NCBI GenBank assembly: GCA_964016885.1
Contig: OZ024754.1
Coordinates: forward strand, 3,472,001-3,536,000
Source of the DNA: Eledone cirrhosa
Lineage: Eukaryota
DNA: 64,000 nucleotides
Direction of reading: 5' to 3'
Part shown: positions 13,626-28,011 of the stretch, piece after piece
How the letters are laid out: each line of letters begins with the position of its first letter
Numbering within the stretch: the first letter of the stretch is position 1
Notes under the pieces: model-generated
What the model saw: only the letters and a program-made list of their open reading frames with translations
Database searches by the model: none
What the model was told of the DNA's origin: nothing
Position numbers and translations under genes: made by a program

Positions 13626-14085
13626 TCATCATCATCATTTCATTTTACGTCCACTTTTCCCTGCTTGCAAGGGTGGGACGGGAACTGATTCTGGCTTGAT
13701 TTCTACAGCTGGATGCCCTTCCTAACACCAACCTCATTTACAGTGAGTCCTGGGTGCTTTTTTGCCGTGGCACCTCCACGACCACTTTGCAGTGGAATGA
13801 TAGAGACCCCAGTCCCTATCATCTCATTTCTACAGCTGGATGCCCTTCCTAACACCAACCTCATTTACAGTGAGTCCTGGGTGCTTTTTTGCCGTGGCAC
13901 CTCCACGACCACTTTTACAGTGGAATGATAGGGGCCCAAGTCCCTATCATCTCATTTCTACAGCTGAGTAAACTGGAGCAATGTGAAATAAAGTGTCTTG
14001 CTCAAGGAAACAACACATCACCCGGTCTGAGAATTGAACTCAGAATTGCAAGGCCAATGCTATAACCACTAAGCCATGTGCCTCC
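13626..14085 (-). mobile_element. tRNA-derived SINE family B, full length, with an internal ~127-bp duplication
   Basis: Reverse complement of 20105-20440, with A box tggcttagtgg, B box gagttcaattc and a (GAT)n tail. Confidence 0.88.
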
Positions 14086-14087
14086 AT

Positions 14088-14118
<31 letters not shown>

Positions 14119-14501
14119 CAGCTGATGATCCGAGTAAGGTGAAACATTTGTTCTCGGTAATGGTGATGTAACTGTTGTGGAACTACTTCTACCAAACTCG
14201 TCCCATGGACCGAGTGCTCTACTAGTACGGATATAACCCTCCACTGTTCTACTATTATATATACAAAATATATATATATAATTCTGAATATGTCAGCCAC
14301 TCTCTCTAATATATATATATACACGTGTGTGTGTGTGTATATATTCTGTAAAGATAGTATCTAACACCTCCAGGTTGACTGTGGGGTGAACGGATGATCT
14401 TAATTTAATTGTTCATTCTCTTAGTCATAGCCATGTGTATATATGTGTATGTGTGTATGCATATTTATATATTTATATATATATATAGCGAGATATGCAT
14501 G

Positions 14502-14545
<44 letters not shown>

Positions 14546-14610
14546 CACACAGCAGAGTAGCTGCCGGCTGTGACTGCAACCAGTTCCATCTGGTTCCCTT
14601 TATCTATCCC

Positions 14611-15115
<505 letters not shown>

Positions 15116-16105
15116 GTCTGTTTTTCCACGCTTGCATATAGGTGTGTATATATATATATACACACATTGTATTTTTTTCAATAAGATATCATCAGTTTGT
15201 TTACCATTCACGTGTATTGATCTGGGTGATTGGCACCATTTCACTATTGGACACAATTAGCTTGAAAGCAATCCCAGAACTGTGAAAAAAGATTGCAGGG
15301 TGATGGTGGTGGTAGGGATGGTGATGGTGGTGGTGGTGTGGTGCTGTTGGTGTTGGTAGGGATGGTGTTGGTGGTAAGGATGGTGTTGATGGTGGTGGTG
15401 TGGTGCTGTTGGTGATGGTGGTGTTGATGGTGGTGGTGTGGTGCTGTTGGTGATGGTGGTGATATGGTGCTTGTCGTGGTGTTGTGGTGATGAGGCAGGG
15501 GGTGATGACGGGGGTACTGGTAGGGATGCTGTTGTGCTGGTGGTGGTGATGATGATGATGATGATGGTAGTGATGATGATGCTGATGGTGATGGTGGTAG
15601 TGATGATGATACCGGTGGCGGTAGTGATGATGATGCTGGTGGCGGTGGTGGTGGTGGTGGTAGTGATGATGATGCTGGTGGTAGTGGTGATGATGATGAT
15701 GATGATGGTGCAGGAGAAGAAGGTAAGGCAAACCACTATGTTTTTGTTTTATGTCCATCTTAATAAAAAAATAGATTTGTATTTTCTATCATCACTGGAG
15801 TTAACCAAACCCATTTGTCAGATCAGTGACAATGACATTTCTATATGATTGTGTGTGTGTGTGTGTATATATGTGGGTCTATATATATGTATGTATATAT
15901 ATATGTATTTGTATAGATGTATGTGTGTATATATGTATGTATGTGTATATATATATATATATATATATAAGCATGTATGTATGTGTGGTTGTGTGTGTAT
16001 ATATATTTATATATGTGTGTACATATATATAAATATATATATCTACAACTGCATGTATGTATGTGTGTATGTGTATATATATATATATGCATGTATGTAT
16101 GTGTG

Positions 16106-16179
<74 letters not shown>

Positions 16180-16207
16180 AATAAATATATATGGCAGTAA
16201 GAGACAA

Positions 16208-16332
16208 AATAATAATTGTTTCTACATTTGGCACAAGGCCAGCAATTACCCAGTGCATTACTGGTACTTTATTTTATCGACCCCGTAAGGATGAAAGGCA
16301 AAGTTAACCTTGCCGGGATTTGAACTCAGACC
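16208..16332 (-). mobile_element. SINE family A, truncated
   Basis: Same core as the 10347 copy, in reverse. Confidence 0.85.
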
Positions 16333-16553
16333 AACAAAATAATAATCTACAGCAAAAGAAGGGATCCTGTCTACAATACAGACATTACTTGTTTCCACCA
16401 TTCTACATTGTTATATATACATATATGTTATATATACATATATGTTATATATACAAATATGTTATATATACATATATGTATATAATAATATATTGATATT
16501 AATATTACACTCTGGTGAACCTACAGTAACTGGACATTAGAATCGCTATATAT

Positions 16554-16735
16554 AGGCACATGGCTTAGTGGTTAGAGCATTGACCTTGCAATCGAAAGGT
16601 TGTGAGTTCAATTCTCAGACTGGGTGATGTCTTGTTTCCTTGAGCAAGACACTTTACTTCACATTTTTCCAGTTTACTCATCTGTAGAAATGAGATGATA
16701 GGGACCCCAGTCCCTATCATCTCATTTCTACAGAT
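16554..16735 (+). mobile_element. SINE family B 5' half ending in a fold-back hairpin
   Basis: tRNA-like head, ccttgagcaagacactt core, then a 26-bp perfect inverted repeat. Confidence 0.85.
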
Positions 16736-16777
16736 ACATAGAACACTCTTTTTCTTGGGAAATACTTAACATATATA

Positions 16778-16927
16778 TGGGCGGAGGTGGGGAGAGCAGA
16801 CCTCAGATCGCTGAAACTCACGGAGGAGATGACGAAGGACCGTGACAAGTGGAGAGATGCTGTGCTGAATAAGACCTATCCAACCCTTGCAAGCAGGGAA
16901 AAGCAGACGTAAAATGATGATGATGAT
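16778..16927 (+). mobile_element. RTE-clade LINE 3' fragment
   Basis: Similar to 53045-53215; ends cccttgcaagcagggaaaagcagacgtaaaatgatgatgat. Confidence 0.75.
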
Positions 16928-17028
16928 ATATATACATATATTTCCACACACTAATCTTCGTTATCAACTCCCCTCTCTCTCTCTGTGACATTCTCACTAT
17001 CTCCATGTCACTCTCTCTCTCTTTTTAC

Positions 17029-17062
<34 letters not shown>

Positions 17063-17205
17063 ATACATAATTACATAAACGGAGAAAGCTATTAGCGATA
17101 CTCCGACCAATTTCCAACTCACTCAACAAACATTAGGAAATACCGGAGTATATTCCCAATTAAATGTTTGGGGTACTAACTATATTGTATTGTGTGGATA
17201 ACTGG

Positions 17206-17419
17206 GTGTGGATTGGCAGTATCGGTGGAAGGGCGGTGGATTGGCAGTATCGGTAGAGGGTCGGACGCCATGCTTTCCAGCATAGTTACGTCCCTTTACG
17301 ATATGAGTTCAAATCCCGCCGAGGTTAACTTTGCCTTTCATCCTTACGGGGTCGATAAAATAAAGTACCAGTAATGTACTGGGTAATTGCTGGCCTTGTG
17401 CCTAAAGTAGAAACGATTA
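17206..17419 (+). mobile_element. SINE family A, full length, with 13-bp TSD and duplicated 5' end
   Basis: TSD tgtggataactgg at 17193-17205 and 17420-17432; B box gagttcaaatcc. Confidence 0.9.
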
Positions 17420-17487
17420 TGTGGATAACTGGCTGTATTATTTTATATGAGATATAATAAATAACTCATAACCAGTCTCTCACAAAA

Positions 17488-18066
17488 TTGACCAGTCGAT
17501 CACCAGCCACACTAAACTGACCACTCCCTCACCAGCCACACTAAACTGACCAGTCCAACACCAGCCAAACCAAACTGACCACTCCCTCACCAGCCTCACT
17601 AAACTGACCAGTCAAACACCAGCTACACTAAACTGACCAGTCCAACACCAGCTACACCAAAGTGACCACTCCCTCACCAGTCAAACCAAACTGACCAGTC
17701 CAACACCAGCTACACCAAAGTGACCACTCCCTCACCAGTCAAACCAAACTGACCAGTCCAACACCAGCTACACCAAAGTGACCACTCCCTCACCAGTCAA
17801 ACCAAACTGACCAGTCCAACACCAGCTACACCAAAGTGACCACTCCCTCACCAGTCAAACCAAACTGACCAGTCCAACACCAGCTACACCAAAGTGACCA
17901 CTCCCTCACCAGTCAAACCAAACTGACCAGTCCAACACCAGCTACACCAAAGTGACCACTCCCTCACCAGTCAAACCAAACTGACCAGTCCAACACCAGC
18001 CAAACCAAACTGACCAGTCTAGCACCAGCCAAACCAAACAGACCACTCCCTCACAAAACTGACCAT
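17488..18066. repeat. 29-bp minisatellite homogenised into a 58-bp dimer
   Basis: ccagtccaacaccagctacaccaaagtga + ccactccctcaccagtcaaaccaaactga, repeated. Confidence 0.92.
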
Positions 18067-18587
18067 TCCATGAGATGAAAGAATGGGTTGGACTTAGGAA
18101 AACAACTAAAGTAAATAGAGAAATATTAAAATATCATTCACACATATACATACATATATATATACACATATATACACACATACATATATACATACATATA
18201 TATACACAAACATATATATACATACATAAATATATATATATATACATACATAAATATATATATACATGTGTGTGTGATGCAAGGGAGAATAAAAAGCCAA
18301 GAAAATGTGAATAAAGGAAAAGCTGATGAGAAAATTAATTAGAGAGAGAGAGGTGGAGAAAAAGAAGAGTGAGCAAGAGAGCAAGAGAAAGAGAGCGAGA
18401 GAAAGAGAGAGAGAGCAAGAGAAGAGAGAGAGAGAGATTGTTAAAATGTAAACTTGGACCTAATGAAGAGAGTGAAGCATACACACACACACACACACAC
18501 ACTGAGGCAAACATACACGCACACACACACAGACCAGACTGACAGCCAAGTGACAGTGTTGGTGCATGTAGTGCAGATAACTGCAGT

Positions 18588-19015
18588 TGGTGTAGTGTGG
18601 TGTAGTGTGGTATGGTGTGGTGTAGTGTGGTGTAGTGTGGTGTAGTGTGGTGTGGTGTGGTGTGGTGTTGTGTTGTGTTGTGTAGTGTTGTGTGGTGTAG
18701 TGCTGTATAGTGTTGTGTAGTGTTGTGTGGTGTAGTGTGGTGTGATGTAGTGTTGTGTGGTGTTGTGTGGTGTTGTGTGGTGTTGTGTTGTGTTGTGTGG
18801 TGTTGTGTAGTGTGGTGTAGTGTTGTGTAGTGTTGTATAGTGTTGTGTAGTGTTGTGTAGTGTTGTGTAGTGTTGTGTTGTGTGGTGTAGTGTTGTATAG
18901 TGTTGTGTAGTGTTGTGTGGTGTAGTGTTGTGTGGTGTTTTGGTGTGTAGTGTAGTGTGGTGTTTAGAGGACATAAGTGTGGTGGTGTGGTAGCGTTGTG
19001 TGGTGTTGTGTAGTG
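18588..19015. repeat. Pentamer microsatellite (GTGTA/GTGTT/GTGTG)n
   Basis: Direct inspection. Confidence 0.9.
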
Positions 19016-19085
19016 TGACAGGGATTTTTATATGCACACACACATATACATACATACATGCAATAATACATACATACACACACAC

Positions 19086-19160
19086 GTCGATCGACTTTCT
19101 TCAAATCGGACCGAGGAAACCACGTTTCCGTTAGTCTTTCCAATTGCTAATACTATCTAT
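19086..19160. repeat. Dispersed repeat with a second copy at 62285-62360
   Basis: gtcgatcgactttc(t/g)tcaaatcggaccgaggaaac..tttcc..gtctttccaattg.taatact.tctatc is present at both sites. Confidence 0.8.
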
Positions 19161-19180
19161 CGGTCGTAACTCCAGGTAGA

Positions 19181-19301
19181 AGGAGCAACGTGAAATAAAG
19201 TGTCTTGCTCAAGGACATAACGCATCGCCCGGTCCGGGAATCGAACTCACAACCTCACGATTGCGAATCCAATTCTCTAACCACTCAGCCACACGCCTTC
19301 C
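19181..19301 (-). mobile_element. tRNA-derived SINE head (family B variant, CpG-rich)
   Basis: The reverse complement reads ggcgtgtggctgagtggttagag..gagttcgattccc..ccttgagcaagacactt. Confidence 0.8.
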
Positions 19302-20013
19302 TTCTCTCTCTCTCCTCTCTCTCTCTCTCTATATATATATATGAATACATTGGCCTCAATATATAGTGTAAATTGTTAACAAATGTTGGGGAATAAAAAT
19401 GTACTTTTGGTTGTTATGGGAAGTTACATGAAGCAGGTGTGGCCCCTAAAACAGTTGGAAGATCGCAGCAGTACCTTAAATGGTTGGGACCTGAGTACCT
19501 TGCAATGATGTACACTTAAGACACATGCAGAGATGATGGGCTCAAGACATCATACAACAAAGTAACACAGATAAAACATATGCTATGATGATGATGATGA
19601 TGATGATGTTGATGATGATGACGATGATGATGGTGGTGTAGATATTGGTGTTGATGATGATGACGATAATGTAGATAATGATGATGACAATCGTGATGAT
19701 GAAGGGTGGAATAAAAATGGTGATGATGATGTAGATAATGATGATGATGATGATGATAATAAAAGCAACAACAACAATGATGATAATGATGGTAATGATG
19801 ATAATGGTGATCATGATGATGAGATAATGATGGTATGTATGTATAAAAGCAACAACTATAATAATGATGATGGTGGTGATGATGATGATAGTGGTGATGA
19901 TGGCTGCTGGAGGAGGGGGGGGGGGGGGTCTGTCAGTTAAACATTCTTGTCTAGACGTCAGAAAGTATGTTTGACTCAAAGAGAGACAATTATATGTTAA
20001 ACGTAACAAGGTG

Positions 20014-20104
<91 letters not shown>

Positions 20105-20108
<4 letters not shown>

Positions 20109-20440
20109 CACATGGCTTAGTGGTTAGAGCATTGGCCTTGCAATCGAGAGGTTGTGAGTTCAATTCTCAGACCGGGTGATGTGTTGTTTCCTTGAGCAAG
20201 ACACTTTATTTCACATTGCTCCAGTTTACTCAGCTGTAGAAATGAGATGATAGGGACTGGGGTCCATATCATTCCACTGCAAAGTGGTCGTGGAGGTGCC
20301 ACGGCAAAAAAAGCACCCAGCACTCACTGTATATGAGGTTGGTGTTAGGAAGGGCATCCAGCTGTAGAAATCAAGCCAGAATCAATTCCCGTCCCACCCT
20401 TGCAAGCAGGGAAAAGCGGACGTAAAATGACGATGATGAT
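20105..20440 (+). mobile_element. tRNA-derived SINE family B, full length (~335 bp)
   Basis: A box tggcttagtgg, B box gagttcaattc, CORE-like ccttgagcaagacactt, and an RTE-like tail ending (GAT)n. Confidence 0.9.
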
Positions 20441-20465
20441 ATATAGACATACATACATACATATA

Positions 20466-20875
20466 TCATCATCATCACCGTTTTACGTCTGTTCTTCCAC
20501 GTTAGAATGGGTCAGTGTCTGTGGGCAGTGTCTGGTCAGCTGACCTTGTCTTGCTCGTACGGGGACTGATTCTGGCTTGATTTCTACAGCTGGATGCCCT
20601 GCCTAACACCAACCTCGGTGCTTTTTTTCCGTATATATACACACACACACACACATATATATATAGACACATACACACATTCATATCATCATCAACATCA
20701 TCAACATTGTTTAATGTCCATTTTCCACACTAGCATGGGTTAGCTAGGTTGTCTCATTTGAAGCAAGTTGGGTCAAGTGACCGTGTCTTGCTGATATAGA
20801 ACTGTTTCTGGTTAGGTTTCTACGGCCAGATGCCCTTCCTAACGCCAACCACATTTACGGTGTCTGCTGGGTACT
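20466..20875 (-). mobile_element. Two SINE family C 3' fragments; other copies at 48580-48845 (-) and 62055-62255 (+)
   Basis: Reverse complement of ggttggcgttaggaagggcatc..gctag.gtggaa..ggac.ttaaac(gat)n. Confidence 0.75.
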
Positions 20876-21593
20876 TAAGTGGACATTAGATTACACACCC
20901 TGCTTGCTGGTGGTGGGGGTGGGGGGAAGTAACTCTGGTCAGTACTGACCGGGTCTGTGATAACAAGATTGAGACTCTTGCTAGAGGGAGGAAAGTAGAC
21001 ATTAGATAATGATGATGATGGGAATGATGATGATAATGATAATGATGATACTGATGATGATGATGATGATGATAATGATGATGATGATGATAATGGTGAT
21101 GATGATATTGATGACGATGATGACGATGATGATGGGAATTATCTATGCAGTAGTTTGTCTATGACATTTCTCATCCAGTGACCCCCAACAGAATCAATAG
21201 GGGTCGCTTGGTTACCATACCAATAAACATCTACAACCATCACCCAGCAGTTGCCACCAGGCAAACAGAAGCAAATATCACAGCATGAATATTCAAAGAT
21301 ATTAAGTAGAGTTTGGTCATGGAGCTCCCACATCATTGGACACCACATGGGCAGATACATGGACACACACATGGACACACACATGAACACATACATGGAC
21401 AGATACATGGACACATACATGGACACACACATGGACAGATACATGGACAGATACATGGACAGATACATGCGCACACAGACACATGGACACACACATGAAC
21501 ACACACAGAGACATACATGGACACACACACAGACACACATGTAAACACATGCATTATTTTCTAAACTGTTTAAGAGAAAGAGAGAGAGAGTGA

Positions 21594-21663
<70 letters not shown>

Positions 21664-21738
21664 AGAAATGGGAGGGAGAGCGAGCAATAGAGTTCCTGAC
21701 AAAAAATGAAGCCTTGTGAACCAGTTTCAATCGTATAC

Positions 21739-21770
<32 letters not shown>

Positions 21771-21820
21771 ATGTGTATTTATGTGTATATATACATATAT
21801 ACACACACACACACACACAG

Positions 21821-21853
<33 letters not shown>

Positions 21854-23111
21854 CACCACACATATAGACATGTTAATGTTACAGAAAAGATGAACATTAT
21901 TTATAAGAGATGATGACCAGTGATAGATGATCTTTATAGATTGATTTTGAGGGGGAGAGGATAGGCGAGGACATAGGGATATAAGGAGTGAGGGGTAGGG
22001 AGAGAGGGGAGTAGGGTGAGTGAGGCAGAGGGAGAGAGGGGAGTAGGGTGAGTGAGGCAGTGGGAGAGAGGGGAGTAGGGTGGATGAGGCAGTGGGAGAG
22101 GGGGGAGTAGAGTGAGTGAGGCAGTGGGAGAGAGGGGTAAGGGTGGGTGAGAGGGGAGTAGGGTGAGTGAGAGGGGTAAGAGTAGGGGGAAAGGAGTGGT
22201 GAGAGACAGGCTGTGGGTGAGAGTTATGGGGGCCTTGGGTTTGTAAACTGCATGGGGAGGAAACATACATGGGGAGTGCAGAGACTGTGTGGTAGTGTGA
22301 GGGTACCACATGTAGGAGAGAGAGGGGAGAAGAGAGAGGAGAGGGAAGGAGAGAGGAGAGGGGGAAGGAGAGAGTGAAGAGCAGAAGAGAGTGTATGGAA
22401 ACATTAGTGAGAGAGAGAGGGGGAAATGTGCATGCTTAATGCACAGATGTGTGCAGTAGGTGCATATATATATATATATACACACATATATATATATATA
22501 TGTGTGTATATATATATATGTGTGTATATATATATATATATATAGACATGGATAGTCAGCTGTATGTAGAGGACCACTGTCAGCTGAGAGAGGGAGAGAT
22601 AGGGAGTGACAGAGAGGGGGATGGGGAGAGATAGGGAGTGACAGAGAGGGGGATGGACAGAGATAGTGAGGAGAGATAGAGAGATAGGAAAGAGAGGGAT
22701 GGAGGGAGAGAGAGAGAGAGAGAGAAAAGGGGAGAGAGAGGTAAAAAGAGAAGAGAGAAAAATAAAGAGAGAGAGGGCGGGGGAGGAGAAAATATTAGAA
22801 GTAAACAATAACAAATTATAAGAGAAACAACAACAACAACAGCAGCAACAACAACAGTAGCAACAACAACAACAGTAGCAGCAACAACAACAACAACAGC
22901 AGCAGCAATACATACATTGGTGTATATCAAAGAATAAAAGAGAAAACAGTTTTATGGAGTAAATGGAAAGGGGGTGGGGAGGGGAATAGGTGGGGGGAAA
23001 GGAGCGGGTACAGGAAGAGAGGAGAGTGTTGATAATGGGAGAGAGGGGGAGACAGGGTGGGGGACCCTTATATAAGGCCAAAATGTATATTGGACAGGGT
23101 AAGATATGGAT

Positions 23112-23156
<45 letters not shown>

Positions 23157-23174
23157 ATGTATATATATATGTAT

Positions 23175-23220
<46 letters not shown>

Positions 23221-23379
23221 ATATATACATATGTGTGTGCATCTACATTTGAAAATGGGAAACAAAAAATGACATTGATACACACATGTATATAGAAATG
23301 TGTGCATATATATGCCTGTGTGTGTGTATGTGTATATATATATATATACACACATACACATACATACATGCATCAGCAC

Positions 23380-23432
<53 letters not shown>

Positions 23433-23494
23433 TACATAAGCACGTATATATATATATACACACACACACACACATACATACATGCATAAGCACG

Positions 23495-23527
<33 letters not shown>

Positions 23528-23544
23528 TCTCATACATAAGTACG

Positions 23545-23580
<36 letters not shown>

Positions 23581-23944
23581 AACACATACATACATGCATA
23601 AGCACACATATATGCATATGTATATATAAGAAATAGAGACATTGCATTCTCACAAGAGAGACAGGGTGGGAGAGAGTTTAAAGTCTGTTTGATGTAGAAA
23701 GGATATAACAGATGTAGGTGGGTGAGAGTGGTAGAAAGAGTGAGAGGAGAGAGTAATAGAGGTAGTGAGAAAGGGAGAGAGTAATAGAGAGGTAGTGAGA
23801 GGGGGAGAGAGTAATAGAGAGAGAAGTAGAGTGAGAGGAGAGAGAGGTAGAGAGAAATTAGGGAGTTACAGCACCTAGGACTTGACAGAGGAAGCATAAG
23901 AGATCATACAATGTCAGTATATATACATGTATATATATATATAT

Positions 23945-24005
<61 letters not shown>

Positions 24006-24006
24006 T

Positions 24007-24170
<164 letters not shown>

Positions 24171-24174
24171 GTAC

Positions 24175-24323
<149 letters not shown>

Positions 24324-24468
24324 TGTATATATATATATATATGTATATACATGTATATACATATATATATATAATATATATACATGTATATATATATATA
24401 TAATATACATGTATATATATATAAATATATACATGTATATATATATATGTATATATAAATATATGTAC

Positions 24469-24499
<31 letters not shown>

Positions 24500-24624
24500 A
24501 ATATATGTACATATATATATATATATATATATATGTACATATATATATATATATATATATGTACATATATATATATATGTACATATATATATATGTACAT
24601 ATACATATACATGTATATATACAT

Positions 24625-24685
<61 letters not shown>

Positions 24686-24871
24686 CATGTATATATATCT
24701 ATATACATATATATGTAAGTACATATATATATATATATATGTACACATATATATATATATGCATATAGATAGACATATAAATGAGAAGTAGGAGAGGAAG
24801 ATGAAGGGAAAGAGGAGGGAGAGGGGGGAAAAAAAGAAAAATTGAAATATAAAATATAAAAATAATAAAAG

Positions 24872-24945
<74 letters not shown>

Positions 24946-25016
24946 TATATATATATATATATATATTCTATATATATATAAATATATATATATATAATAA
25001 TAAAAGACACACACAG

Positions 25017-25074
<58 letters not shown>

Positions 25075-25080
25075 ATAAAA

Positions 25081-25115
<35 letters not shown>

Positions 25116-25243
25116 AAAAAAATTTAAGGGTTAGTGGTGGAAGGAGATGCTAAACAGATACAGGGGCTAGAATTGTAAGGGTGCTGTGGGAATATATGAA
25201 ATATATATAAACAATTGGATAAATCAAATAAAATATTTAAAAA

Positions 25244-25306
<63 letters not shown>

Positions 25307-25309
25307 ATA

Positions 25310-26929
25310 GTATTGATGATGATGCTGATGGTAGTGATTATGATGGTGATGGTAATAATAGTGATGATGATGAAAATGTTGATGCTGCTGCTGATGATGA
25401 TGATAATGGTGATGATTATGCTGCTGCTGTTGATGATGGTGGTGGTGCTGATGGTGGTGGTGATGATGATGGTGGTGATGGTGGTGATGATGATGATGAT
25501 GGTGGTGATGGTGATGGTGGTGGTGATGATGGTGATGGTGGTGGTGATGATGATGATGATGATGGTGATGATGGTGGTGGTGATGATGATGATGATGGTG
25601 ATGATGGTGATGGTGGTGGTGATGATGGTGGTGATGATGATGATGATGATGGTGATGATGGTGGTGGTGATGATGATGATGATAGTGATGATAGTGATGA
25701 TGGTGGTGATGATGGTGATGGTGGTGGTGATGATGGTGGTGATGATGATGATGATGATGGTGATGATGGTGATGATGGTGGTGGTGATGATAGTGATGAT
25801 AGTGATGATGGTGGTGATGGTGGTGATGATGATGATGATGATGGTGATGATGGTGGTGGTGATGATGATGATGATGGTGATGGTGGTGGTGATGATAGCA
25901 AGAGAGAAGCATTCCTTCCAGACAAAAGATTAGAGCAAATAAAAGGAACAAAGTTCAAATGTCTACTACAGCCACAACTACCACAGCCACTACCACAATA
26001 CCACATACACTACCACAACAACTACCACACACACACAACCACATACACTACCACAACACATACAACTACACACACAACCACAATTACACACTACACACAC
26101 ATCCACAATTACACACTACACACTTTCTCTATGACTCATAAGGAATTCCTACTCATTTATTATTATTATTATTATTATTATTAATACTACTACTACCACA
26201 ACTATTACAACTACTTCTACTATTGTTATTACTACTACTACTACTACTACCTCCAATACCACAATTATTAATACTACTACTACCACAACTATTACAACTA
26301 CTTCTACTATTGTTATTACTACTACTACTACTACTACCTCCAATACCACAATTATTAATACTACTACTACCACAACTATTACAACTACTTCTACTATTGT
26401 TATTACTACTACTACTACTACTACCTCCAATACCACAATTATTAATACTACTACTACCACAACTATTACAACTACTTCTACTATTGTTATTACTACTACT
26501 ACTACTACTACTACTACTACCTCCAATACCACAATTATTACTACTACTACTACCACCGCTGCTGTTATTATTACTATCACTAGCACCTGAACCACCGCCA
26601 CTAGCACAAACACCACTAGAACCACCAACAACACTAGCACCAACAACACTAGCACCAACACCACCACCACCACTACAACACCACCACCACCACTACATTA
26701 CTACACCACCACCGCCACCACCATATTTTTATGCCAGGACATTGTTGTCATAGCTGTAAATTTTTTTTTTTAAGTGCTGCTTTAGGCTTCATAATTTCAC
26801 TCCAGATCTGTAATGGGCAGTTGATGCTACTACTGCTGCTGCTGCCACTGCTGCTGCTACTGCTACTACTACTACTAATACTACTACTGCTGCTGTTACT
26901 ACTACTACTACTGCTGCCACTGCTGCTGC

Positions 26930-26960
<31 letters not shown>

Positions 26961-27035
26961 GCTGCTGTTACTACTACTACTGCTGCTGCCACTGCTGCTG
27001 CTACTACTACTAATACTACTACTGCTGCTGCTGTC
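25310..27035. repeat. Trinucleotide-derived blocks: (GAT/GGT)n at 25310-25897, ~90-bp ACT-rich units at 26160-26560, (CTA/CTG)n at 26825-27035
   Basis: Direct inspection. Confidence 0.9.
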
Positions 27036-28011
27036 AGTTGATAGATGAAAATACTAAAAAATAACTTATATATATATATATGTGTGTGTGTGTGTATGTA
27101 CAAATGTATTGTACATGTATATATATATATATATGTAAAAAAAAAAAAATTTAAATTAAATTTAAAATAAATTGAAAAGAGAAAGTGATAGAGAGAGAAA
27201 GTGAGAAAGCAAGGGAGAGGGAAAGTGAGAGAGGGAGAGAGAAAATAAGAAAAGAAAAGAAACATTTTTTTCAGAAAAATCTAGAATTGATAATATAGTA
27301 AAACAGTATTTTGAAAGGTGGTAAAAAGGAGAAAGGGAGAGAGCAAGAGAAAGAGAGAGAGAAAGGGAGATATGCAGATAGTTAGAGAGAGAAAGGGAGA
27401 TATGCAGATAGTTAGATAGAGAGGAGGAAGAGGAAAGGTAAAAGGAGAAGAGAGAGAGAGGGAGAGAGAGTTCTCTTTGAAAAAATAAAAAGCAAAAAAA
27501 GCAAAAACAAAAAAAAAAAAAGATAGCGAAAGTGTTTTACAAAGAACAGCATTTTCAGCAAGTGAGAATCTGAAGACTTTTGGATTTAACATTGAACTGT
27601 GGTGCCTTACCATCACTACAGCATCTATGTAAAATAGATTTGGGAATGCAGTTGCCAGCGTTACCGGCAATTGCACGTGTATGTGTATGTGTGTAAGTTT
27701 GTGCACGTGTGTGCATATGTATGTATGCGTATATGCCTGTGTGTATCTATCTGCGCGAGTGAGGTTGGCTTTTTAAATAATTTATTTAAAATGATGGTGG
27801 TGGTGGAGAGGATGGCCAGAGAAACTAGAATGTCAAAGAGTGGATGGAAAATAATGGAATGGAATGCTGGGCACACTAGGTAAAAATGTGGTAGAGGGTT
27901 TCAGATGAATTCATTAACTAGCTCAGGGTTCTATAGTGAGAAACACCAGCTATATACTGGGGGAGTGGTGTGAATAGTGAATGGTATGGGCAATTCAATA
28001 TACTCTCTTGC

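Noticed and set aside
20105-20180. Functional tRNA gene
   Set aside because: The head continues into a SINE body in all copies, and there is no proper acceptor stem or terminator.
25124-26184. Poly-His and Asp/Gly-rich ORFs
   Set aside because: (GAT/GGT)n microsatellite.
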